Positions 27,473-40,090 of a DNA stretch of 62,000 nucleotides are shown one piece after another. The DNA is from Acanthaster planci. Its lineage: Eukaryota. The notes beneath the pieces were generated by a model. The model saw only the letters and a list, made by a program, of their open reading frames with translations, did not search any database and had not been told where the DNA came from. The stretch's first letter is position 1. Each line of letters starts with the position of its first letter. A program made the translations under genes and the position numbers. Where the stretch lies: NCBI RefSeq assembly GCF_001949145.1, contig NW_019091404.1, positions 682,001 through 744,000 on the forward strand, given 5' to 3'.

Positions 27473-29774
27473 TTAAACTAGCCCGGAAACTGTACAATGG
27501 CAATTTATGTGTCTATTCTCCATTACATTGCTGACCTCATTGTCGCCCAAACTGCGCACAGGGATAGTCTTCTGAACAGTGAAAGTGGAAGGTACCAGTA
27601 ACATGCCGTTATTTCCACTTTCATAATCGTCATATTTTGGGGGGGGCGTTGAGGTGGAAAACATCTGGTTTGCAAGAATTGCAAATATGATGGAATGACA
27701 GTTGTTCTTTTTGGTGAGGAATTACCAAAGGTTTTCAGTGGATGAGTTGTGATTTCTTGGCTAGTCTCTGGTCAGTTCCATTTTCACAAGTAGACATTTG
27801 AAAAACAGCACATTCTACTTTTTGAACATCTGTTGCAGTCAAAAGGAATTTCAGGTCCTACTTGGCACTGACGGATTGGAGGGAAAGCAATGCCTCCACA
27901 AACACTAATAAAACTTAAACAATTTACTGAACCCTTCAGGAGGACCCACATCCATCCAAAACAATGAATCGTGACAAGTGACCGTAAATTGCAAAGAATT
28001 GCCGGAAGATGATTACTGGAATTATATGTCCAAAAACACAGGGAACGCTCAAGCTGAGATTGGAACACGGCCTGCCATCGCAACTGAAGCTTCATACATT
28101 ATTCTTTCTAGACACTGCTACCGTAGACAAGGAATTACCGTAATGGAAAGTGTCCTTCAGCTTGAAAGGATTTGGTGTGTGTTGGGGAAAAAGCTTTCTC
28201 TCTGACTGCTGTAATTCAAATGAAGGTTTACTCAGCATGCGTACATGTAGAGACCTTGCCTTTACGTTTGCTTGGTTATGCACATTCAGACACTATCTGA
28301 GGAAGTATGCTACTCCGTGCATTAATTTACGCTCCCATCAATTAAATATTCCTCGGGCTTGCATGTAAAAGCTTGGTCCTTAGAGGAAAAGCCATTTCTT
28401 TTCAAGGTTAGGAGGTTGTTGAAAAGTGTTACTGTCATCTCTGAAAGTCAAACAAATGTAGAATGTGCAGTTTACAAACAACACCCTATTCATACATTTT
28501 TCACAATACAATGTAATCTTTCAGCACTAAATGGCAAAAATGTAACCACAGTGTGCACTGGCATAAATTTTTTTCTTCATTTGTAAACAGTTGGTATTCT
28601 AATATTTATATGTACTGGTACCAGTAACATTCCTTTCCAAAAAAAGAGGAAATAATACAGAAAAGCCCGGTTGTCCAGTCCTTTACAACACCTGACTGAA
28701 AAGTAAAGACTGGTCAAATTTTAGGGAAAATAGGGGAAAGCTGAAACTGCTTCGGTGAACTGAGATCATCTTCTCGATGCATTAACATTGGATGTGATTT
28801 TTTGCTTGTCAGCATTGTGTAAAAACAAAAAGCATTGTTTGTGCTCAGAACATAGGGTGCAAATACACTTTGCTTTTTACCTCATGGACTGATTTCCTTT
28901 CAAATTTTCCAAATTTCATTATTGAAACTCTTCCCTACTTTACATTCTGGGGTCGTCTCCATTTCCTGAGCACAGGTATATGATACATGTACCATTCTGC
29001 TCCTAGCCGAGAATGTACACATACATGTACCTCTGATATTTACAGAGCCATCAACTGTAGAATTCTGAACGTTGGAAACTCCTGTCAGCAACGGAACATT
29101 TACTGTCCCAGAAATAGACAGGTGCTCGATGGCAGTCAAGAATATATGGAACATGGACGATTCTAAATTCAGCAAGGAGTTTAGAACAGCATCCAATAAT
29201 ATAAATCTTCAGAACTTCCTCTATTCATGCAAAAATACCATCTCATGGGAAATTGTCAGCCAACATGGATATGTGTCAAATTCAACAACATAATGAGTGG
29301 GACTAACACAGGCTTACTCAAACCTGTTCATCAAGTTAATGGAAAGCAAATCCATTAATCAAGATATACATGCATACAATTCTGAAGGCCTCAGTTAAAT
29401 CGAAGGAGAATCCTCAAAAACTGATAATAATTCCTTTCTAATATTTCCCCATTTTTATTCTATACTTCTCAACTATATTTCATTATCAAAAAAGTAATCG
29501 TTCATACGATCTACTGCAAAATACACCCCCAAAATGGCAAGACTTAGACATCATCATGAAGTATTTTTAACGAGTTGACAGGACCTCGTTCCTTTTACAG
29601 CAAAATACAAATCTTGCACACAGAATTATCCTGTTTGATCCCACTGAAGTTCCACTTGCTTGAAGCATTTTTAAACTACTGCTAATTTCAATTCAGTCCT
29701 CCAACTGATGAATAATTGCCTGACAGGAAATCAAACACAAGTAGGGTAGATTTCCCAAGAGTGTATTCACATAC

Positions 29775-29830
29775 CTTCTGGCAAGGGATGTCTTACGCAG
29801 AATCTTCCAAAGTTTCCTCATTTTCGGCAT
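29775..29830 (-). CDS. Candidate alternative first coding exon (MPKMRKLWKILRKTSLAR+ag), phase-2 donor
   Basis: Minus strand: TTCACC-ATG (A at -3), 18 codons plus 2 nt, then the strong donor AAG|GTATGT. No homology recognised. Confidence 0.3.
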
Positions 29831-32227
29831 GGTGAATGGGAAAGGGGCCAACAGCCCCCCTTTTTCTCCCTCAATCACAGAGACACACCCCCGCAAGATA
29901 GCTGGCGGCCAGAGTCGTCAAATGCCAAAAACACGGCTAAGCACTTCAATCAAAATTCAACAAACCACTGTCCATCCACTCATTAATGCAGCAAAAAAAG
30001 AGGCAAATGAGAAGTGAATCCAAGCATCCAAGCAAGGCTCCAGCAGTTCCGCTTTCACTTACACGGCTGCAGATGATGCCTCACTGGAATTGAAAATGAC
30101 CACCCCCTAGATGCAGACCGAACCATTCTCTTGCTGCCATGGAGATACCAAGCAACTACCAGCATCCAGCCACTGGACTGTCACCATTTTAAAGATTGGG
30201 GATGTTCAGCTCAACCAGCTTCAAGAATGGACTGCATATTACACACAGCAACATTTCCAATTGTGACTGCTTGAATGATGTCATACAACACACTTGTGTT
30301 CAGAAACCTGGCATCACGCCCTCATAGAATGCTCCAACGTGACTAATATTTTGAACATAAAAGCAGGGGTCCTTTCTGGGACCTACTGCAGAGACTACAA
30401 TTTACAAGTAGTAGTTACATGTAAGTGGTTTTGTGTATGTTCATTGTACCTGCATGAATAATAGCAAAAGCGCAGAGCCTGTTGTACCAGCAGAATGTTA
30501 CAGGCAAACTGACAGGCCAGGACAATACAGAGGCAATTGACTCTGTCCTTGGCAATAAAGTGTGGACAAACATCCACCTCTGTAGATAGTAAAATACATA
30601 AACAGCACTTGCTTTTCCATGAATTTGAAACTGATCTTTGGAATTTCGGATCATGCATAATGCTGGTTTGTGAGTCATTGATGGACTTTTTTCCGTACTG
30701 TACTACCATCACAATCGAAGTTACACATCGCTGGCTGTTCTCTCACCTCATGCGGTATTGGATAATTACAAATTAACAAGAAAATGTGTTGTGGTCTTAA
30801 AATTACAAATTGCATGTAGGTAAATGTTTCACTTACAACTTTACAGCTTGATAGTCGCCCTATACATACAAAACAGACAGCCCTCACTTCTGTGTAACCT
30901 TTTTTTAATGATAGAAAGACAGCACTAAATCCATGAAGCATGAACTCACTGGGAAATTTAGTCACAACAGACAAAACATCTTTCACTTTCACTGAAATAT
31001 ACAGCCGCTTGCCCTTCGTTTGCCCTAGAATTCACTAGGGAATAATCACCCTTTCCCAGGAAACTTCCGGGCTTTTGAGGGGGAAAAAATGGTAAAGAAA
31101 TAGCATACTTTGGCAAATACAATTGCAAGCCATCACTGCAATGGCACTGCACTGCACTTGAGCACAGGTGCCGGTGCAAGTGTAATGCCTTTTTGACCAA
31201 TCAGGTGCTGTGAGTTGTCTAGCTTTTCTGCATCAGTCCTATGAAAGTCCTGGATGGCCCAGTATAAATTAAAAGGGAAGAGGGCAAAACTGGAAACAAA
31301 AATCCAAACACATGAGCTGGACATGTCTATATATGCTCATAATGGTGAACATGTCTGTACTGAAAGTAATACAATACCTTGTTAAGAGTAGAGAAACAGG
31401 AAAAAACATGATATCCCCCATTTGCAAAGAAAAAAGTGAAATATGGGCTGTTTACCCGTCTGGATCCACTCACATACGAGTACACATATTTGGCAAAATA
31501 AAATCTGAAAAAAACTTCGAACCAACAGACACCTGTTAAGTCATACACGGTCACTTTAACAGAAAATCCCTCTGGCAACATTTCTGCTCCCAAAGGCCAA
31601 ATCCTACGCCACCAACACATCCATCCCCGTGTTTACCATTCATTTACCTCCTCTTCTTGTCTTTGGGGCCTCTGAATAACAGGGCCCATGTCGTCAACTC
31701 GCTGACGACAGGGGGCAAGTTTGGCTGCAGATGCTAGGTGGTAAACTCAATTTTCACTTGTCAGTGCCAAAGGCAGAGGCAGACAAATTAGATCAGCGTG
31801 GGGGGGGGGAAGAGGACGAGACGTGTCATTACCACAGGGAAAGTAAAAAAGACTGACGATGATGATTCAGGGCTTGATCTTGGTGATGAACAGAAGAAAG
31901 TGTGTATCCATATCGGGAATGGAGAGAAGATGGAGAGCGATTCAGCATACAACAAAAACCGGCTTCCAACCTCAGAGCTACCAAACTCAAAATATTGCAT
32001 CACCTGCACAAATACATCACTGCACTTATGACCCAACTTACAGTTGATGTACCATAAAATGCTACCGTCCCTATACATGACGCGCTTTCATTTTTTGCCT
32101 CCAGTGCCTTGCTAGAGTTTTCAGTTTTGCATCACATTTTGAAATGACATCCAACTCCCAACATTCCCATTCATAAATTTTGGACTGAAGCTACAAAATG
32201 TTCTCAAAGGTTCAACAGCAGGATGAC

Positions 32228-32406
32228 CGGGGGTGAGATTGACCAATGATAAAAATAGCTGAAAACAGCTGGAAAAAAGCATGAAGAAGCTGAACTGTGA
32301 AAATCTCCGACAAAAACTTTTGTACACAGCCAGTGAGGAAAAAAAAGCTGAACTCCAAAACAAAAAAAGCTGAAATCAGCCAGAAAGATGAGAAATCTCA
32401 CCCCTG
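32228..32406. mobile_element. Non-autonomous hAT-like element with AGCTGAA internal repeats
   Basis: TIR CGGGGGTGAGATT / AATCTCACCCCTG (12/13 match) and repeated AAAGCTGAA-like motifs inside. TSD not resolved. Confidence 0.6.
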
Positions 32407-32990
32407 TATGAAAGGTAGCACCTGTATTTTACTGAATGAACTTGAAGTTTGGCAACACATCAGGAGGAGAGTGCAGGAAAACAACAACAAGGGCCACCTT
32501 AAGGAACTAAACTGAAAGATCATAAGCCAACTCCACTTCATGGATATCATTTGCAGAACACAAGCAAAACATGCAAGATGTAGAATCCATAACAACCTTC
32601 CTTGTCAGACTTCAACCACTAATAATCATCTTGAGGAAATTCCTTTTGTCCACTTATGCCATTTAATAGACCAATCCATTAAGTCCCATCCCATCATAGG
32701 ACCTGCCACAAGTGGAGACACGCTCCTCAAGAAGTACATTCCCGTGGGGGGGGGGGATAAACTGGGATAATGCATGAACTCGCTGCGAAGCACTGGAGCT
32801 TTTATTTTCTCAGCAATAAATTTTGTGCATGATACAAAATTTCACATTTTGTGTGGGGAAATTTCTTGGATGTAGTATTCACCAGCAAATCAAGACAAAG
32901 TGTACGTGGAGATCCTAAGGTACTTCCTCAAAACAACAAAAGTAAAGAAATCAACATTAAAAAAAACTTGAGAAATAAATATGTACTCAC

Positions 32991-33017
32991 TTGTAGCTGG
33001 ACAGCCCCGAGTTCTGC
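32991..33017 (-). CDS. Candidate 27-nt microexon of an unidentified minus-strand host gene
   Basis: Minus strand reads TTTTTCATTTCTTTCATTTTCTGCAG|GCAGAACTCGGGGCTGTCCAGCTACAA|GTGAGT: long polypyrimidine tract, CAG acceptor, canonical donor, length 3n, no stop in any frame, GC-rich exon in AT-rich flanks. Confidence 0.55.
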
Positions 33018-33721
33018 CTGCAGAAAATGAAAGAAATGAAAAATGGAAGAACTTCAAAAATTGTTTGGAAAACACAAAACATTTCTCACACTCCGCTTTC
33101 GCACCAACTGCACTGACAACAAGGGATTTTTGGTCAAGAAAGTTAACCACAGGAAAAAGCATGATCATCCCAGATGGGGAAAATAGGAAGCTTATTAAAA
33201 CTGACCGTAATCATTCACAAGGTTACAATGCAAACATTGGATGTGGCTCAGAGGGCAATTCTTGCGCCGGGATTCAAGGAACCTGCACACACTTTTCCTT
33301 GTTTTGATAGTATATTATTACTGTTTTGTTATGTAATGTAGAGTTGTTAAAAAACAATCACAGCAAGTATGAAGCTCGGAGTTCATCAACCGACCACCAA
33401 AGCTGGACAGGAAGTCAGAGGCAGGCCACACCGGAAAATATCGGGTGGCTCACGGATGCAATAGTCCAGGGCAAAAAAAAATTCATCAAGAGTAGGAATT
33501 TCCTTTCAGTGAAGAAGTTCTTGTGCCACTTTGTTTTGCTTCTTAACTTCCTTTTGTGCGGGTGTATCCGATGACCATAAAAGGACAAAATATGGCGGGC
33601 CACACTGACCACACTTCTTTGAAACAACATTGTTTTTGCAAATTCTGAACATGCATTATCAAAACAAATGAGTCAAGTATATGCATATGAAATGGTCATG
33701 TTTCTCCCCACTAATGCTCAA

Positions 33722-33782
33722 ACTAAGCCCTAACCCAAACCCTAACCCAGAGTTGAACAAAGAGCTGTATACCCTTAACCCT
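33722..33782 (+). repeat. Degenerate (CCCTAA)n-like tract
   Basis: CTAAGCCCTAACCCAAACCCTAACCC...CCCTTAACCC. Short and interstitial; probably internal to an old repeat. Confidence 0.45.
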
Positions 33783-34109
33783 TCTTGCATTCTCATTGGG
33801 GGAATCAGAGGACATTCATTTTGAGTTAAAACCCTGAAAGTCTCAATGGGAGGAATATCATGAGGAAATCTATATCCCCACAGGATCGCACATCTAGTTA
33901 CTCTTTGATAAGAGTTCTTCCAAAGATGTGAAATGGTAAATTTGGGGGCACATACAGAATTTATAGAAACATTGACAATCAAACAATTTGATTCATGTAT
34001 TTGTGAGTTACTGTTTGAAAAGTACAGACTTACAGATGATCAATGTAACTATCCATACAAATGCACCAACTATAAGCAGAGTACGTACTGAGCATACAAA
34101 ATTTAGATA

Positions 34110-34128
34110 TACTGCCCTCTGTTGGATT
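34110..34128 (-). promoter_or_regulatory. CTCF-like motif
   Basis: Minus strand AATCCAACAGAGGGCAGTA versus core consensus CCASYAGRKGGCRSYR (1 mismatch). Confidence 0.4.
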
Positions 34129-34416
34129 AAGTGCAAGACAAATAACATTTCTTGGAAATCTGCCAGATTGCATGCAGTATGGTGATCCTGAAGGGACATA
34201 AGACTCCTGACTAAGTCAGGAATTTATTCACAACTTGTCGCAAATATTTGTCAGGACCAGTTGTAAATAATTTTGCGACGTCATGAATATTTTTCACAAC
34301 ATGTCATGAATATAGTTATTAGCCACAAACTTGTTCCGAATATATTCCAGAAACTTGAAGGGTTCCATATTTGCCCGATTGGGATGTCAAGGCTTTTTAA
34401 GGCCCTCCAGAGCTAC

Positions 34417-34498
34417 GGCTAAATTCAAGATACGTGTATGTCTTTACCGGGAACAAGGCTAAATTCAAGATACGTGTATGTCTTTACCGGGAACAAGG
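34417..34498 (+). repeat. Perfect 40-bp tandem duplication inside the IS3EU-type element
   Basis: GGCTAAATTCAAGATACGTGTATGTCTTTACCGGGAACAA x2, followed by GG. Confidence 0.95.
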
Positions 34499-34744
34499 TA
34501 TGAGGAAAGCAAACCTTGTTTTTCTGAGCCATGTCGTTTCCCAATGCCCTTGTTTCTTTCTCAATGCACAGCTTCACTGTTCACTTGGCATCGCAGGTGG
34601 ACAACCATTCAAATGATGCAATAGTCCATGCGCATGGTCACTGCCCCACTGTACATGCAGAATGCTAAAGCCGGGCCAGGCATGCGCTTATCATCGTGTA
34701 TTTGTCGTTTGTTATTGGCGCAATTACCCTCTAAGCTAATGGAA

Positions 34745-34960
34745 AAATATTCTCAACTACTGGTGAAAAAATTTGTGACCAGTCGTGAATAAATTCACGA
34801 CGTTGCGAAAAAATTCGCATCTGGTTGTGAATAAATTCACAATGCAGGGAAAATATTCGCAAGTAGTTGTGAATATATTCACGACGTCGCAAAAAAATTC
34901 GCGACTAGTTGTGAATAAATTCACGACATCACAAAAAAATTTGCGACTAGTCGTGAATTT
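34745..34960. repeat. Subterminal ~42-bp tandem array of self-palindromic units
   Basis: About 5 copies of TTCACGACGTCGCAAAAAAATTCGCGACTAGTTGTGAATAAA-like units; degenerate copies at ~34220-34350. Explains the repetitive ORFs 34757-35062 and 34785-35132. Confidence 0.85.
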
Positions 34961-35452
34961 TATGCCCCTTCTGGGCCACCATAATGCAGCCCATGCAGCG
35001 GAGATACTGAAATTCTGTCTCCCACAGATGTGCATGTGTCCCAACAGTATACAAGTAAACAATCTGAGTGTTTTTGAATCATGCTGTTATGTTGCTGTTG
35101 GCATGTCAAAACCAGTATTTACTTTTTTCTAACAGCAATATATCTTTTTCACTTGTCAGGTTTGGAGTAACTTCAGAATTTGCACTGCCCATACAAATCT
35201 GGGCTTAAATTTTCTTAAGATTTTGGTGTAAAATCGACCTGGCATTTGTGCGTACATCTGTTTGCTAAAATTCTGCAAGACGGCATTTGACAAGTTCTTT
35301 TTTTTTTCGCTGTTCAATTTTATTAGCAGGTGTTTCGTAACTATCAAGGCCATCTGCAGACTGCAGTGACTGTATGTAACACAAGCAGGGTAGAGCTTGG
35401 GATAGTAATCATAATATTTCTGAGAGTGCTCGCAGTTTACAGAGTAGCTTGA

Positions 35453-35471
35453 TACTGCCCTCTTTTGGCCA
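35453..35471 (-). promoter_or_regulatory. CTCF-like motif
   Basis: Minus strand TGGCCAAAAGAGGGCAGTA versus TGGCCASYAGRKGGCRSYR (2 mismatches). Confidence 0.45.
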
Positions 35472-37414
35472 GACACTGACGGGCCCAAAAGTACAAACGT
35501 GATGTTGTCAGTGTATGCTGCCCTCGCTCATGCTGCACAGACACACATGCAAAACCAGATGCTGAAATAAATCATGAGGCAACTCTGTTCCAAGAAGAGG
35601 ACCATTTTGTGGTCTATGAATCAACCTCAAAGTCACACCTGACAATGAACTTTGCTGCTCCTTTTTTCAGTGGGAATGTCCTTTCCTTATAATCAAGATA
35701 AAAACCGTGTCCTCTAGAGACAGTTTCTCCGAGGAAAACCGCTGTGTTCTATCCCCAGCGCAGGAAGTATCAATTTTCCAAGACAAACTCCCCTGGCCAG
35801 GCGTTGGGAACTCAATCAGTGTTGGGAAATCATTCAATTCTCCTGACACAATATTGCCACAGCGCCATTAGGGATTTGTGATCCAATAAAAGGAGTCCCC
35901 ATCAGCCCGACTGAAAAAGTAAGATGTTTCTCAGCAAGAAATGTACATGTAGGATTCAATTGTAGGGTTTCCCGGCCAATTTCGGAAAATGCGTGACCTA
36001 ATTTGTAAACTAAAATTTTGATTTAGCATATATTTTGAAAACGACTCAAAACCTGGTTTCACTTTTGCAATAACAAGCATTCAAGTTCCTTTGGCATCCT
36101 TCAAATAAATGAGTTGGCATTACACGTTTCAAAGGTTAGAAATATGTGACTGGGATTTTGGATTGACATATTCCTTGCCAATTACAACAAATGCGCATTC
36201 TTATTCGCTGAAAATCTTTCTTTTACCGTGACCCTTCAGAAGTGAGTATTCATTTTCATTGGCTGCAATTTCAAATCGCAAAATATACATTCAATTTGAT
36301 TAGAATACAAGATTACACAAATCACAACACCACAAAAATGTCATGTTACTCATTTATAGTGTGTTTGTTATCAAACTGTCAAACAATTTTAGGTTTCTGA
36401 TTGAAATGCAGCACAAGAAGGAAGGTCCCCTCAGCGCGGGTGTTTATAGGTCTCCTACAACAGTCGGCAGTTTCCGATGACAACATGAATGGTTTATTTC
36501 ACTCATGAATATTCAAACATTTAACCAATCAACTAAACACTTCTAAGAATGTAACTTCTTTTAGCACACAAACGAATTCTAATTCTCGACAAGGCATACG
36601 TTAAATAACACTTAGTGCATCAAGAAATTCCAATTTCATTTTATCTGACAGGTCAATGACAGACCCATCAACACCACCTTCTTAAAACCTCAACAGACCA
36701 AAAGGTTCCAAAATCGTAAGGCTGCATATTCCATGTATGTGTACGACCAAAACACCATATTTTTGTCTATTCTTCGTCTCCTTTGCCTTCCAGTGCAACA
36801 GGCCTGTGCAGTACTCTCACCGTGTAACTTGACCGCTTTGTAAATGCTGCTAAATCAGATTTCCGTTTGGGCCAGGAAACAATTGATTCAAGGAGCTCAG
36901 GAAGGGTGACAAAAGAAGATTCTTCAACAGTAAAAAGATAGAGTTACAGATGAATGCTCCTCAAGTCACGAATTCTGAGAAATCAGTTTATTTTTTCCAT
37001 TTGAAAAAGCATTTCAGCTCTGAGTACCTAGATATTCTTACAAGGTTCTTGCACTCTCACTACACAATCCAAAGCCAGGCACAGACAATAAAATGCCTCA
37101 TTGTTACACAAATATTTATTTTCTGCAGCAACGGAGCTTTTGTTGGTAAGTTCACGGAATCCAATGAGCAAAAACTTGATCTCTCTGAGCTCTGTTTTAT
37201 AAAGACTGTATTCTCTTTAAAAACTAGCACCAACAACATCACCTGACAAGAGAGATGAGTAAGTGGCTAGTGTTGGATGATACGAGGTAATCCAAAGAAA
37301 TGACAGGAATTCACACCCCTTGCTCTTGCCACATTTACAACCTACAGTTGTGTATATTATTTTTACAATAATGTGCTCGCTCAGTCATCTCTTTACAGCA
37401 TCTATGCTTCAGTT

Positions 37415-37759
37415 CAGGGCGTTAATCCATTTTAAAAAGTGGGGGGGGGCAGTGGGACATACACGTAGCCCTGGATCGGAACAAACGAGAGTGCAAAGCA
37501 CCAAGCCCTGAGTGGCATGGCGTCTGGGGCCCACTCAAGGGCCCTGGAAAATGTTGGAGTGTAGATGCTTTGTGGCGTGATCTGAGACAATTTCTGGTTA
37601 CAAAAGCATTCGTTAAATAACTGGCTAAAGTAAGGTACCGGTATACATTTTCATTTAGGTTTGGGGAAAAAAATGGGGGGGACAATTGATATAATATTCC
37701 CCCAATTGGAAAAGTGGCGGGGGGGCATGTTCCCCGTCCCTCACCGATTGACGCCCATA
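37415..37759. mobile_element. Non-autonomous hAT-like MITE with poly-G subterminal tracts
   Basis: TIR CAGGGCGTTAATC / GATTGACGCCCATA. Perfect 8-bp TSD CTTCAGTT at 37407-37414 and 37760-37767. Confidence 0.85.
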
Positions 37760-40056
37760 CTTCAGTTATTCCATGCAAACTACAAGGCCCCACTGGCTTG
37801 CTGCACAATGTCCATAGTGGTGGGCAAGATCAGATTTTGTGATTGGTCAACACTAGTCTACTTTGCATGCATACAAATGAGCTCTGGCCAACTTCCAGCC
37901 AATGAGATGCTTCCAATGAAAAGGCAGGCATTACATTCACGAAGACATTCAGGAGGGAAGGAATATATGTAAATTCTTCCAAGCTGAAGTGATCTGAAGG
38001 GGAAATGGTGATCACAGCACTTGCTCACTGGAGCAATGTCAACGTGGTAATAATGGATGTGAAGTCAGTGCATGTTGTGATTATTTACTAAGATATGTCC
38101 TCAACTGAATTTATGTTTCTAGCTTCAATGGTAAAAAAAAAGTCCTCCTAGACCTCATAAATGTATCATGAAATGACCTGAATGCTAACACACATGCATA
38201 TGTTTACGTACTAGGTAATATAAATGAGTAAAATTGTGTAAGATCACATTACTGCAACATTCGTGTGGGTCAGACTTCCATCGCTCAATTACTGGTCGGT
38301 TAAAATGTCAATGTTTTTTTAAAATATTGCACATTTTTTAAATGATTTACTACTTTTACCCAAGGCAGTGGATACAATCTTCTAAATACAATTTTGGATT
38401 TTGAAAAGTCACTATTAAATGTTTGTGAAAGTAAGTAATAAAACAACATTTTGATAAAACTACAACATCAAATCATTTTTAATTGTGTACTATGAATTTC
38501 CTTGAATAAGAAGCATGACTGAGCCTGTAAATGGGTGAACTGAACTACCTTGGCTAAGCCTGGCTGATGACCAAACCTCAAATGATGACAGTAACCAGCA
38601 AAAGATCTCAGTAACAAAACTGATATGGTTTCCAACTTCTGAACAACATTGGTGAACTGTGGTCCACCCGCTCCACAGCTCAGATGCCCGCAGGCTGAAA
38701 TCATCCACATCTTGGGTGAAACGAGCCAGGTATCAAGATAGGGAGATCAAGAAAGAAGTCTCCTCCGTCACCATGACGTACTTTCCTTCTGATCTCTCAC
38801 AGAGCAGCCAGCAGACATGCAAATCTGGCCCTCCTGTTTCTCTCAGTTTGGCGTCATTAATCTCCCTGATCCCCGTGGCCTTCTGAGTCTGATCTCTCAT
38901 CTGGTGCCCCGCAGACGCAACCAAAAGGAAAAAACAAAGACGAACACTTGCCGGAGATACAAACAAAGCAATCCTGTCCACGTGCCAATTTTTGGTCATT
39001 TCCTGTTCACTGCCACTCGGACATGGGTCCCTCTTGGAGTCGAGAGGGAGACCGGCCGGCTGTGATTTGGACGAGGCCTTGTACTTACCAGCCTACCGCA
39101 GGCACTGCAGGAATCATATTTGATACAAACAAAGTACTTGAGGCGTCAGCCTGAGACCACGGTTGAGATGCTGCCTGCATGTAAATTCTACCGTCAAGAG
39201 CTTGTGTGTGCTTTGTTTATTTAAAGCTTTTTGAAAAAAAAAGTCAGGTACAGAAACCAGATTTCAAGACAAATTTTATGCGAAAAGATCATTTGTACAG
39301 GGTCTATGCTGTGAATTAATACACAAGAACATGGTTTGTGCGACTTTCTTCTCCTCTTAAAGAGAACTACATGTATCTGAAGTCTGGTTTGGTTAATCTC
39401 AGTGAAAAAAAGGACTTTTTCAAGCATTTAGAATTCTCCATGCTTTTTTCTTGACAAATGAGGCTGCTGTTGTTGAAATGTCATTAAAAAGCAGACGCAA
39501 AACAAGAATTGCAAACTGGGTTAAATGGGACACAAAGGAGCTCACACACGAACTGCATTCAAGTACAATGGGCCCACTCAAATGCCTGATGCACAGGTTC
39601 TTAACCCTTACAACAAACCAAAGACTAATGACCCTGCAAGATGGAACAGTAAATACAGGTATGCTGCAGACCCGCCAAAAAGACTCTGATGGCAACACAT
39701 GACAATCCTCTCCAGCCCTACAAAACATGTCAATCTCCCCATTCATGCCTCTGATGGGTCCTCACTTTGACAACGAAATTAACTTCTGGCACTGTAAGTT
39801 ATCCTTCCCACAAACTATGAAAAATTCTCCCATAAAACTACCGAGCTTAGTAAACACTTTGATTACAGAAACCATGACATGAAATTTACCTTTTATTTCA
39901 TTGGATACATGGAAGCTATTTGACACGTCTTTTGAGGCTGATTCTATTAAAGTCTTCTCCTTCAAAACTTTCTATGAAGCTGACAGAGACAACTGTGCAT
40001 GTACACCTCTCATTTAGATTGTAAACATAGGTGAATATGCAGATCTTTGTACCTAC

Positions 40057-40090
40057 CTTTGAAGTCTTAGGTTCTGCTTAAATCGATATC
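40057..40090 (-). CDS. Candidate 34-nt exon (phase 1 to phase 2; -YRFKQNLRLQ-)
   Basis: Minus strand CCGTCCCAATTTCATTTAG|GATATCGATTTAAGCAGAACCTAAGACTTCAAAG|GTAGGT. Only one frame is open, and it ends in phase 2, compatible with the 27-nt microexon. Confidence 0.25.

Larger units (their letters stand above)
34178..34983. mobile_element. Non-autonomous IS3EU-type DNA transposon
   Basis: TIR TATGGTGATCCTGAAGGGACATA versus reverse complement of right end TATGGTGGCCCAGAAGGGGCATA (19/23, similarity extends to ~48 bp). Perfect 6-bp TSD ATGCAG at 34172-34177 and 34984-34989. TAY..RTA termini with a 6-bp TSD match the Repbase IS3EU superfamily as I recall it. Confidence 0.8.

Noticed and set aside
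33722..33782. Telomere or chromosome-fusion remnant
   Set aside because: Only 3-4 degenerate units; more likely internal to an old repeat.
34757..35132. Repetitive ORFs on both strands; repeat array superficially like CRISPR
   Set aside because: These are translations of the 42-bp subterminal tandem array. There are no unique spacers and no cas genes, and the context is eukaryotic.
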